In this document: in pieces, positions 1 to 12,334 of the stretch | Layout of the letters: each line of letters starts with the position of its first letter | Numbering within the stretch: the first letter of the stretch is position 1 | Assembly (NCBI RefSeq): GCF_036321535.1 | Contig: NC_087436.1 | Coordinates: 69,628,001 to 69,692,000 of the forward strand | Reading direction: 5' to 3' | DNA from: Camelus dromedarius | Lineage: Eukaryota | DNA length: 64,000 bases | Made by a program: the position numbers and the translations under genes | The notes under the pieces: generated by a model | The model's database searches: none | What the model was told of the DNA's origin: nothing | The model's input: only the letters and a program-made list of their open reading frames with translations

Positions 1-649
1 CCTTGATATCTTAACTGGAATTATATTCTCTCTATTCTATAGAATGATAACATTTCTTGGAATGCTTATCATTTTCTGCTTTTATTACAGCTGGTACTGT
101 GCTCATTTATCTCCCTTTCTACACTCTAGTCTCCCTAAAGCCAAGGAGCACATTGTAAAGTATCTTTGCATAATCTGTATCAGCTAGTATACTATTTTGC
201 ACACAGTAGATTATTCACCAGTATTGTTGAATAAATGGACAAATGGCACTTCAGCAAATGGATTTTGTCCAGACACAAATTCCTATGAAGTCATGCAGTT
301 AATAGCAAAAGAAATGAATGGATCAGTTCAGATGTAAATTAAAAGGGTTTGGTGGTAATCGTGTTAAATGAAAGTCCATACTATGTATAAAGCAGGTATT
401 CATAACTCAACACTTGCCTATGGGAACACAGCCCAGTGCTATCAAGTTATCTGATTTATTAAGAGAAGCTAGAATTACCAAATTATAAATAAATTATTTA
501 AATGTTTCAGACCAAATAAAGTATTCAGCCTTTGTGACATCAGTTGGTCATCTCAGATATTATAACGTGTGCCGAGTAAGCCAGATGCTCCGTTTATCTT
601 CCCATCATCCCTATCTCCCTCCTTCTCCTTCTTCCCTATGACTCCTACT

Positions 650-875
650 TTTTTTTTTTAACATTTTTTATTGAGTTATAGTCATTTTACAATGTTGTGT
701 CAAATTTCAATGTAGAGTACAAATTTTCAGTTATACATGAGATTACATATATTCATTGTCACATTTTTTTTTCGCTGTGAGCTACGACAAGACCTTGTAT
801 CTATTCCCCTGTGCTATACAATACAATCTTGTTCATCTATTCTGCATATGCCTGTCAGTATCTACAAATTTTGAA
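650..875 (-). mobile_element. 5'-truncated LINE-1 3' end (camelid-type) with poly(A) tail and target-site duplication
   Basis: Poly-T at ~650 followed by L1 3'UTR-like sequence, similar in reverse complement to the copy at 59871-60236. Flanked by ctatgactcctact (636-649) and ctatgcctcctact (876-889), a 14-bp TSD with 1 mismatch. Confidence 0.8.
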
Positions 876-2217
876 CTATGCCTCCTACTCTTGACACTCT
901 TTTCTTCTAAACTCCCATGCCCTCTCACATATTGAATTTCCTCTCCTTCTACTCCCGTCTCCCATAGTTTTGGGTTCTAGCTCAAAGGCAGAGGAAAGCT
1001 TATTCAGGAATGCCATCACCATTTAGCTACTCACCAAACCAAATATCTGATCTGCAAACAGGTAGTTGCAGGAGGAGAATTTGAGGATGAAAGCTCAAGG
1101 CGTCAAGGAAGGTTTTGGATCATCATTTGAATTCGGGGGGCCAAGGCACAGTTCAACTGTTATCTGAACAGCAAAGGGAAAGAATAAATTTGAACCCCAT
1201 GGGCCACACGACAAGATCAGGACAAAAATACATTATACGATGGAAAAACTAAGCTAAAAAGCAAAAGTCTGGTGAAACTGATTTCGAATTGAGATTCCTA
1301 GGGTCCTCAACAGCGGCTTTGGTCCCTTGTCAGCCATTTACTGGTGAGGTGTGATCTGGGGTTGCTAATTAGACATTTCAACCATAGTTAACTATATTTG
1401 TCTTATAATATAAATGTAACTACCACTTTTAGAATTAACTTTTTGAAGTGGAGGTCTCTTTTTTATCTCATCTGCAACAGCTGATCCATGCTCATATTCA
1501 CATAATAGGTCATAATTATCATCTTTATCATTATCTGTTATAATAATAATTTTTTTCTGTCTCTACTTCTTTTCCAAATACTAAAGAATTAAATGTTTGT
1601 TTTTTCCTGAGCCTAGCTTAGCCTTAGATTCTGAGAAGGATAAGTATTAACCAAGTTTGTCAAGTTATATTTTTAACTGTGAGAACTGCTATGTCGATAT
1701 TAGCAGATCAGCAATAGAACTTTTAATTCTATTAGGTGGTGTAAAATTTTTTTAGGCTACATAATTTGATTAGGTCTTTTTCTAGTCTTTTTCTCTTCAG
1801 TGTTATGAAATTCCAAGCTTAAAGGGCAAGTGTGAAGTAACTACAGTCCTCCTTTAGATTAAAATATGGTTAATCTATGTTATAGGTGATATAGATTCAA
1901 AGAATAGTTTGTTCTTTTTCACATTTATCCATGTAATTTTGGCTGAAGAAAGATACTGACAGTGGAGAAAGTGTGTCACTAAAATATGCCTAGCAAAGAA
2001 TTTCCTTGTTCTAAGTCTACCTTTAAATAATTGACAATGAGTTCAGAACATTTCTAAGAAGTAAATTGTATTTATTTTCCAAGCACTTTATCTGTGACAT
2101 CTCACTTTCTTACTGTGTCATTTTAATCCTTCTAATTACTTCAAATTCATAATTTTATGCCAAAAACATATTTTCACTACTATTTATTTTAGCCTTTTTC
2201 AATAAAACTTACATCAT

Positions 2218-2532
2218 TTTAAAACAACTTTATTGAGATATAATTTATGTACAGTAAACCACGTATTTCAGATGTACGATTTGATGGATTTTGATAGATA
2301 CACACACCTATGAAACCACCACCACAGTCAAGATACCTAACGTTTCCTTCGCTCCCCAAGAGGTGCAAGTTTCGAACTCTCAGTTTATCCCTCCCTCCCC
2401 TGGTAACCATAAGTCTGTTCTCTATGTCTGTGAGTCTGTTTCTGTTTTGTAAATAAGTTCATTTGTGTCTTTTTCTTAGATTCCACATATGAATGATATC
2501 ATATGGTACTTTTCTTTCTCTTTCTGGCTTGC
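2218..2532 (-). mobile_element. LINE-1 3' end fragments (older L1M-like piece plus younger L1 piece)
   Basis: Typical reversed L1 3' motifs: ctttattgagatataattt; cccctggtaaccataagtctgttctctatgtctgtgagtctgtt; tagattccacatatgaatgatatcatatggta. Confidence 0.7.
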
Positions 2533-2679
2533 TTGAAAGTTAGTGTTTGGATGTGAACAAGTTCAGAAGTGGATATTCACATCGTTTTATAAAGAATATC
2601 CATGGACTTGACATGTTTAGAGATCATAAAGCAATTAATGTACTTCTGAGCTTGTTCACATCCAAACATTAACTTTCAA
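2533..2679. repeat. 38-bp inverted repeat (arms 2533-2570 and 2642-2679, 71-bp spacer)
   Basis: ttgaaagttagtgtttggatgtgaacaagttcagaagt matches the reverse complement of acttctgagcttgttcacatccaaacattaactttcaa at 36/38 positions. Confidence 0.9.
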
Positions 2680-3912
2680 CCACTGGAGGAAGCAGAAATC
2701 AAAAAGAGAAAAATAAACTTGACTTCTTAAAATAAGAATACCCATAAAGTACAGCATATCAGTGTAATGCACAGTAACCTTTGTATTATCTGAGTCTCTA
2801 AATTACTATTTGGTAATCATGTTTCATATTTTTTAACTATCAAGATTTTATTTATTGGCCAAAAAAGGTCAAGGACTTTTTAGGCCCCCATGTTTTTGTC
2901 TCAAGGTGCCCAATGGAAATCAAAAATCAACTAGCAGGTAAACATTTTATTCACCCTTCACATTCTTTTATACAGTTTTGTAGAACTGTTCAACACCTCT
3001 CAATCTAAACTTTACCAGTCAATATTTTGCTAAGATATTGAAAAAAATGAACAGAATTAAACACATTTTTAGGAATGACAAAATAATGAAGAAACATCTG
3101 CATCTTATTTTATATCAAAGACAACTTTTTCTGTCCTGCCTGGCAATACCAGTATATGGAGTTTGATGCTGAACTGAGGTCTGTTTTATTCCAGATCTCA
3201 TTTTTTTTTTTTTTTGCATTATGTTTCTTTCACATAAAGGTAAATATATTTTGTAATTTGGGAAAGAGTCACAAAGCAGAGAGGTGAGTAAACTGAAGGT
3301 AAGTTTGAAAAAAAGCAGTCAGCTAGTTGAATGAAGCACAGGTTATGTTAAGGAAAGTATTGTAAGACTTGGTTGGAAGGATAATTTCAGTTTCACTCCT
3401 TATGTGAATGCGTAATAGTAAGATGTTTGGACACAATGCACCACGTACCATGTAACCAACCAAGTGGAAATTTGGGAAGATAAAAGAAGCAAGATACAAA
3501 AGTTCCACTGCCTCATGTGGAACATGGAGTTGTGTCAATTGTGTCTGAACAACTAACCTGGAACAATAACTTGTCCATCCACAGCATCCCACGTAACTTC
3601 CCACCTATCCCATTGCCTTAGTTCCAACTTTTGAACTTAATATTCTGTATATTGTCTAGACTCTCAAAGGCAACATTCTCTTTTTGGATTAGTACCTGTT
3701 CTATCTTTGTCCTAGTAGACTTGAGGATCAGACTGACCTTTGCTTCCCCACATTGCCACTGACTAGCTACCCCAACTGCCTTGGATAGAAAATGGAATAA
3801 CAAACCAAACAATCTGCCTTAACTTTAAAAAAAAGTTACATTAAATTAGTGTACTTCAATGTTGAGTTAATTTTTTTTTGTCTCTGACCACATGCTCTCC
3901 TTTCTCCCATAG

Positions 3913-6124
3913 GTTTTCAGGAAGACATCTAAGATGAAAATATCTTTGGTTTTTCTGTTATGGCTTCTCATCAAGGCTTCTAGTTTTCCTCAGAATGGTT
4001 CTGTGTGCCCTTGTGATTCATTATATTACTTACCCATTTGCTTTACCTATTTTCACCATAGAATGAACTGGGATCAGGTACAGGTATGAATCTATGATTT
4101 TGCTTAGAATTTTAGTCCTCCCCCTTGTGCTCTGGTTCTTTCAAACCACTTACTTATGACACTAAGAGTTGGAGATGGAATTGTTTTATTTTAATTCAGC
4201 ATAATGTACATGTTTATACAAAAAAATCAGGATTAACTTTTCTACTTTCCCTCCCCAGGATATGTGTCAACAACATGGTTTTCAGCTTCTCACCATCCAA
4301 AACTTTAATGAAGCTTCTGCCATTGCTGCTTTGATAAAAAAAAAAAAAAAAGCACACAAACTACCAACTGAATGAAAACGTCTGGACTAGATTAGAAAAA
4401 CCTATTCTGGTACTGCTAAAACATATTTCTAAAAGAGGAGATAGATAAATAAATAAATATATATATTTTTTCTTTGTTTTCTACGTGACGAAGGAAGCAA
4501 TAGAGGCTTGCCAGTTAACCTAGACACTTATGCTTTTGGTCTTTTGGTTTTCATAAGATTTTCCCAATTTCAAGACATTGGAAAATTATTAACTAAATTC
4601 CACATTTTTTAAATTAATGAACTCACAACTTGTGGAAAATATAAATTTCTTAAACTTGTCTTGACAACCCAGGTGCCTCTGGTAGGTCACAGAGTTTTTT
4701 TCTAGGGAAGGTATCATCAATGTACAATGTTTTTTATTGTGTGAGTTTATGGATATCACTTCTGTAAAGAGGATTAGAATCATCTCTGCAATATTTGCCA
4801 GATTTTGCCAGATTTATTTTAAGAGTTAAAGAATATTCTACTAAGTGCATTAGTAACCTCTCATCAACTCCTTTTGCTTATGCAACATGATTTTGTTGCT
4901 ATATTACATGAACAATTCTATTACTGTAATAATATTATACAAAATTCCATAGCTATTATACTATTACAGCCAGAATAGTATTCTGAATACTCAACTCAAG
5001 GGACCCAATATAAGTACTGGAATATTAAATCTCTGTAAGCTATTAATTTTATCATAAATACTTTTTTTGATCTCTATTCTCAAAGGTTTTGCTCTCAGTA
5101 TTTTAACTGGTCTTGTATTCATGTGTTTGTTTCATTCATTTGAAAATAATATATTAGTTGAGTCTGCATAGTAATTGCCATCTATCGAACAATTACTGGT
5201 TTATTTTTATTACCATCAGAATTATAATTTTCTCAGCTATGCGATAAGATAGCCTGTAGTCTACACTAGATCCTGGAATGGTGAAGTTCTGTATCATGAC
5301 TGACAAATTGTAAGAGCTCTTGCTCTGTGGTTTATACCACATTTGTATTATAACATGGCCAAAAAGTACTTTGCCTTGGTAACTTTCAGCTTGTTAATGA
5401 AAACTTTTCCCCTCTACTGGGATTCATCATTGTACTTCAGAATAGCCAGTGGAAAATCATTTGTCGACCTAGAAATGGACCACATATACCACTATATGTC
5501 ATTATATAAGATGAAGTCACTATAAAAGATGAAGATTGTGTGGAACTTGAAGCAACAGAAGGTGAGAGTATTTGATAATCGAAGTAAACAATTAAAAAAC
5601 AAAATCTGAGTTGTACCAGCAAGACCTCTTCCAAATTATTTGTACTAGTATTTCCCAACGTTTTGAAGGAGATGAAATTGATAGGTCTAAAAAGAAAGAG
5701 TTCCTAACCAAAAATGAATTTGCAATATTACATTCTGTAATCTTTCTCCTGGAAAGTTATAAAATATATCAGCGAATTAAATGCTCTCAAAACTCCCAGA
5801 GTTAAAAAAAAAAAAAAGGTTTTGAGGATCTTTAACCAACACTTACCAAATGTATTTGACCATGGATTTTTTTTTCCCCTTTACCGGGTAACATTTTGCA
5901 AAGTAGTATTTAGTTTTGCAAAATGCAGATTCAGATTTATTAATTGAGTACTACAAGGAAAAATATATGTAACAGTCTCAAAACTGTTGGAAAACTACTG
6001 ATTGTCACTCGATTTTTATAATTTATTATATGCAGGATCTTTGAAGTAGGATAACCCTCACTGCCAATAAAGAAGGCCCTTCTAGTGTCAAAAATTTCAA
6101 GTCTCCAAATGTTGTAGTTTCTGA
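3913..6124 (+). pseudogene. Multi-exon pseudogene of a secreted single-domain C-type lectin (REG4/lithostathine-like long-form CTLD)
   Basis: Four AG/GT-bounded, phase-compatible exons. Exon A (acceptor 3912 or 3920, ATG 3934, end 4083): MKISLVFLLWLLIKASSFPQNGSVCPCDSLYYLPICFTYFHHRMNWDQVQ. Exon B 4259-4409: DMCQQHGFQLLTIQNFNEASAIAALIKK[+1 frameshift in A16 run 4336-4351]KHTNYQLNENVWTRLEKPIL. Exon C 5441-5561: NSQWKIICRPRNGPHIPLYVII*DEVTIKDEDCVELEATE-G. Exon D 6036-6124: SLK*DNPHCQ*RRPF*CQKFQVSKCCSF*. Signal peptide, CP..C..YF..W, C...G..L..I....E, VW.(G>R)L, EDCV, (W>stop)D...C and PF.C motifs occur in canonical CTLD order. Premature stops at 5507, 6047, 6068 and 6083. Confidence 0.8.
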
Positions 6125-8859
6125 ATCAACCTTGGAGTTTGGAGAAAACCCTATCTTAACACTAACTACTTTCACAGTTATAAGGATAAAAATACTTTCC
6201 ATGGCCTTCCATGGTGAATGTGGTATATAAACACTGTTTAAGTGATTTATTTTCATTGATTTGAGAAGAAGCCACAGTTTTCTTTTTTTCTTTTCAAATC
6301 AGACTCTTCCTGGCCAATGTTTCTTATGTGAACAAAAGCCAGAAAGTTATAAAAACAGGTATGATTGAAGGGCACTTGGAGTTTCAAGTTAATTAACTAT
6401 ATGTACAGTATTATTGTAGAACTCAGAAAATAAAATTCAGAGAACTTGTTACTCAGTTCCTATCTATTTAGGGAGCTATACTGACTTCTGTATCAGACAC
6501 ATACATCCCTAAGCATGGTGCTAGGCACTAAGGTTAAGATAAAAAAGATTTTGTTCACATTCTAATGGAAAAGCAAGAAAATAAACAAGTAAATGAAAAA
6601 TGTGCTATGATTACCAGATTATAAATAATACGTAGATGTATATTAGCTACATCAAAACTCTCTTATGTGCTTGTTACCCCTTTTACTGGCAAATATAATT
6701 CTAGCCATAGCCTGTACATCCTGACTTGCTACAATGCATTAAATATTAATGACTGACAGATTATGGAGCTACTGATTATTTCATTTGTTAGAACAGTTAA
6801 TTAAGAAAATTTCCATCCACGTTTGAGTAGGATTAACATTGTGCAAATCTTCGAATTTCTGCTTTTAAGTAGTTCTCTGAATTCCTTTTGGAGCGCTTTC
6901 TTTCCTCTGTTGTGTGTAGTCTTAGGGTGAGGGCATGTGCACAGACCTGATTTTCCAGCATGGAAGCTCAGTGAACCAGATCCTAGTTCTACATGCTCTG
7001 GCTATAAGCCAACATGATCCAAGCTGGACAATCAGACCCTCTTTCCTGGGATTGTGAATCTTTACTGAGTAACCTCAAAGGGAAGACCAGTTTAGCTATT
7101 TTTGCCCAGCCACTGTGTAGGGTTCAGACTACTCCTGCGAGCTGCCCTCGTTCTTCTGTTGTCTACCATTCAGAGCTGCCTTTTAAATTCTTTAATTCTG
7201 AATCCTCCTTTCCAGTAACCTTTTGCTTAAGATAGCCATAGCTGGTTTCAGGGGTTTATAAACAAGAACCAAAAACATCTGATGCTTGAAAAGCCCCTTA
7301 CTCCTTAGTTCTAGAACAAAAATAGAGAAATTTAGACGCAAAGGGAGAAATGATGACTATAGGCTTGGAATTAAGCAAAATGGTGAAATTTCAGATTAGG
7401 CACTTACCCAGTCTTTCTCTGACCACATAGGTGGTATTACTTCACCAATCCCACCAAGAACTGAATAACTTTGTTACCTAGGACCTCCCGTAGCATTACA
7501 CCCCTTAAAAATCCACACAATCCAGTCACTGTCTTCTGCTGCTAACCTTTCAAAATCTCCTCTTGTCCACCAAATTCTAGGTGTCCTATGTCTCTCATTG
7601 GCATAATTCTAAAATCTTCTAAGTTACTGAGTTTGAAAAACGAAAACAAAGTTTACTGAGTACAGAAAATCAATGTATATTTTGATAGATATAATTACAC
7701 AAGACCCTGTACCATTACCAAAATTCAGTATTTAAAACAGGTGAAGTGATTTTTGGTAAAATCCATTATTATACAACCTAAATGCAGCTACATGGGGCTT
7801 CTTTATTATATGTCTTCTGTTAGTTTAATAAATGTGAAAGTCTTACATATCTTCAGTAATAATCCCCGAATTTCTATATTTATAGGCCCCTTCATTTTGA
7901 ATATTGGATGAAAAAGAATGAAGTCACAAAGTTAAACAAAGTAACTGAAAGTGATGGAAAAAACAAGGACTGTAAGGTAGCCAAATCTGAAGGTGGAAGA
8001 AGAGAAAACGCCACAATTACGGACTATTAAACAATGGAGGAGTGCCTTTTCACAAATGTAAGTTCATAGCTCATTTTATTTTTTCTTTTTATTCCACTTT
8101 GTGTATTTCTCTCCCTCTTTTCCTTCATTGCTTCTTTCTATCCTTCATTTTAGAAATCTTCCTTTCTTATTTCTGTGAATATTGTTGTACAAAATAAGCA
8201 AGCCTAAAGGGCATGTGTTCCCCAAAAACTCAACTTCTAACCAACTCAAATATGGAATAATTATGAATAAAACTGAAAGTTTTGATTCACTACTTGTTGA
8301 AAAGTTTTGAAAACTTTTTTGAGTAGTATAAAGTGCTCTCATATTTAAAAACTTACTGAACTGTCTTATTTACCATATTGGTTTCTAGATGTCAAGAGAC
8401 TGACAATTCCTTCAGTCATACTTATTTTGAAACCCTTTTTACTCAAGTTATTAATTTTGTGCTGTAAAAGCAATAATAGTCCAAAACACTAAAGAATATT
8501 ATTTCTATACTAATTATTATTCTCCAGTGTAAATTTATATTAGTTAATGAAAAAAAGGTTTAGTATTCTATTCAGGTGGTGTCTTCATTCTTGTATTTTG
8601 CTTTCTTTCTCATTGCTTTCTTCTTATTTTTTTTTCCCCCAGAATCATTCATTCCAGAATCGCTCATCAGAGCAAAACTTGACCTCATTTCTGATGATTT
8701 CCTTGGTATTCTTCTCCCTCTTTATTTCCTTTTTCCCCCCAAATCAACAGCCCAGAGCAAAATCCACAAATGTGGCTTGATTAAAATATTTCTGTTGAAT
8801 GGTTGCTGAGGTACTCTAAAATGTCTCCAAACTTCAGTTTCAGAAACTTTGAAGGGTCT

Positions 8860-9330
8860 GTGATTTTATCTTACTTGTAAGGTAGCAAGATAGCCTGCCA
8901 CAGTTTTAAGAATACCGGCTGAAGATCCAAGACTCCTGAACACAAGACTTTATTGCACACAGCAACCACAGGAGAGTATCAGAATCTGTACCAGTTTGCT
9001 CAGTTTTTACAGTGCTGTGTGGAGAGGACTGGGTGATAATCTGCATACTCAGTAGGCTGCATAATGGGGAAGAACTCTAAATTTAGGAAACTCAAATTTT
9101 TATTATGAGCGGTAAGCTTACCTGATTTTTACCCTGTGGTGAAACATTATCTTTATTACAACTGGACAGAAAACAAGCCTGCCCTTTATTCTGAAGGGAG
9201 ACACTATCTCTGTCTTCCTAGGATGTTTACTTAAAAAAAAAATTCTTGTAAAGATGGTCCAAAACAAAGGCAGCCAGTGTCTCTACTTGCAAGACAGGAA
9301 GAAAAGCCAGAGACCCATGTGGGACTTCTC
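8860..9330. mobile_element. Degraded ERVL-type LTR relic
   Basis: Resembles old LTR consensus segments (tgtgattttatcttacttgtaag...agcctgccacagttt...aagactcctg...gactttattgcacacagc). Family and boundaries approximate. Confidence 0.4.
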
Positions 9331-12074
9331 TCAATAGTCAGTGAAGGCTCAGAGTGGAAATTCAAAGGCTTCTGGGAAGATAGATTCTGCACCAAACATT
9401 TCTAATTTTTCTTCATTTTTAAATTAGTCCTTATTGTAACTTTATGTCTTCTCTGCCGAAATGAATTATGGATTTTAACACTAATTGGTAAGACATTTAT
9501 AGAGAAAGTTGTTTGTGAGATGCCTAGCACAGACTCCCAATCCTTCTTCTGCAATAAAATAAGGGTCAAAGAGAGAAAAGATGATATAAAGGAACAGTGA
9601 TGACTTTTTTTTTTTTTTTTTTTTTAAGAGAAGAGAAATGGAAGCATGGAAAAAATCATTGTCCTTACAGTTGTAGTATAGGTAAAGATTATATCCCCCT
9701 CACTAAAATGCAAACATGACAGTAAAACAAGCCTTTACAATGCAACCATTCTATTTAAAAGAAATTAATGTTTAATAACCTTAAATCATATATACAGCAC
9801 AATTTAAGACAGTCATATATGAGTTGTAAATGAATAATTTAGATCAAAATTTACCCAAAATTATTCGTGTTCATTGAATTTGAATTCTGTAACAGAAATT
9901 TGGTGGCTGTTCCTTTCTGAGTTTAAAAAAAGGAAAGCAGTATTCTAATTAGATATCATAGAGCAGATAGTGTTCAGCCTTTAAATATTTTGTTGTTTTG
10001 AAGGACTCTGGTAAACCATCCAACCTACCTGATTGTGACAAGAGCATTTTTAAGAACCATATTTGATATACCACAGAAGAGCCATTGTTTTCTAGGTGAT
10101 AGATGCTTCCTTATCTTGAGTGACCTATCTTAATATTATCAAAGATTATACAATAGCTTTAGGGCCAATGAAATGCCCTTGACCTCTGTCTTCAAATGCT
10201 GCCTTAAGCAAAGATAAGCCTGACTACTTTGACTTCCTGTGTTTTCTTAAAAATGAGTAGCTCAGAATTAAATGCAAAGAATGAAACCAGAGAATAGAAA
10301 TAGATGTAATAATCTGAAATTTAAAACCAGGAAAGTCAGGATCAGGACTGGATGTGAGGCTAAAAGACACTCCCTCTGTATGTTTGAATGTTTATGATTT
10401 TTCTCTCTTGGATTTTGAAAAAAATAATTTTACTGTAGGAATATGAATTTTTTAACCCATCACAGTAAACTACATTTATTATATTAGCACAGTGAGTAAA
10501 ACAATATAAAATTATAACAAATATATATTTTTAATTTCAGAGACAATACATGCAGAAAAAAAGAAACACCATATGATGAAAATTTGATTTGATTATCTAG
10601 TAGTTGAAACCTTCCCAACATCAAACACTTCATAACATTAAAAGACAAATGGCATTTGTGAAAACATGTTTACAAAATTAATGACTGACAAAAGATAAAT
10701 ATATTTATGATCAAATAAAAATCACAAAAATATAAAGGCATTTCCCAACAGAAAGACAAAACAACATGAAATAATTCTAAATGGTAGACATTGCCAATGT
10801 GCACGTGGAAAATGCCCAACCCTGCTTATAAGTAAAATGCAACTCAATATTAAAAATACACAATTATTTGCCCATCAAATTATGAAACTAACAAAGACAT
10901 AAAACCCCAAATCAGGTGAAAAATATGTGATGTAAAACTCATGGCCAAACAGGTACTTTCAAATATTAATTCTGTCTTTATAAACTGAAAATACCCTATC
11001 TGAAGAGTATTTGGAAATACGAATTAAAGCTCAGAAATGTTTATACTCTTTGATTCATGAATTTCCAATTCCTCTTCTATAAATGTCTGCAAAAGACATT
11101 GCTAGAGGGTGTGCAGTAAAATACATGTACATGTGTGCATGGTATAGCCATATGCATAAGGGCAGATAGTAAAAACCAAACTCTGAAAATAAAAAAGTCC
11201 TTTTAAAGATGATTAAATAAATTTAAGATATTGATAAGATGGAGTATTGTGAAACCATCATATAAGATTATATTGTCCATAAAACCTGAAAAGAGTCCCA
11301 GGAAATGAAAAAGACTATATTCCGTCAGAGGGAAAATACAACCAAAAAAATACACATTTACTTATTTTACATTTTGAGCTTTAAATAACAGGATCAATTG
11401 CTTAAAATGTGCTAAATATTACTATAAAAATGACACTGGAAAAAGTGATAAAAAAGCAGTTTATGAAATCAATGTAATGTATTTTATACAAAGACCCATA
11501 TGTAGAGCTAGAAAATATACTCCAAGTTTTTACCAATGACTGCCTATCTTTGGCTCAAGAGTTAATGAACTGCTTTTCTTTTTTTTTCTCTTACTGGTTT
11601 TTTTTTTTTTTTGACTTATGTAAAGTTTATGCAAACCTGCCCTACTGTCCTTTTGAACCTGATGGTGCATGGATTTCTTTTTTTTTAATTAAAAACAATT
11701 ATACAATTTTTAAATGTTACTTTCCAGTTACAATTATTAAAATATATTGGCTATATTACCAATATATCTTCTTCCACCTCTTCTTATACCTCTTCTTCCA
11801 CCTTCAGATTTGATGTATAATATGTCCTATAAATATTTAAATAGTCACTAAATTCAAATCTTTAACTATTCTACAATAAGTAAAAGCTTGTGACTTAAAC
11901 CCTATACCTCACTTTACAAGTTAAATGTCAGAAACTTATAAAACTGACTTTAATGTTTCAGTAATCTACTTGATTATACATTTAAATAATAAAACACAGA
12001 AACATGATAAAGCCATTTGTTGGATTCTTATCAGGGCACAGAAAGTCTTTTGGGGTACATTTAAAAAAATAAAA

Positions 12075-12334
12075 CACAATGCTTAAGACTGGAAGCTCTG
12101 GAATAAAATGGACTGGTTCAAATTCCAGCTTAGCCATTTATGAATTAACCTGGAAAAGATGTTTATTGTAAGCCTTAGTTTCTTCATCTCTAATATAGAA
12201 ATAACAATAGTATTTACATCCTTGGGTTGTCATAAGAAAAATCCTAAAAATGAGAAAATCCTTAAAAAGTGTTAACCCAATGCCTGAGTGATGGGCTTGT
12301 TCAAAGTGCTCAGTAAATGCCAACTTGTAATATT
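12075..12334 (+). mobile_element. MIR SINE
   Basis: MIR core: ggttcaaattccagcttagccatttat...agccttagtttcttcatctctaatatag...aagtgctcagtaaatg. Confidence 0.7.

Noticed and set aside
3934..3997. Reading the MKISLVFLLWLLIKASS signal peptide as a new casein/SCPP exon 2
   Set aside because: There is no phase-0 donor after ~17 codons. The frame continues into a cysteine-containing lectin motif, so it is not SCPP-like.
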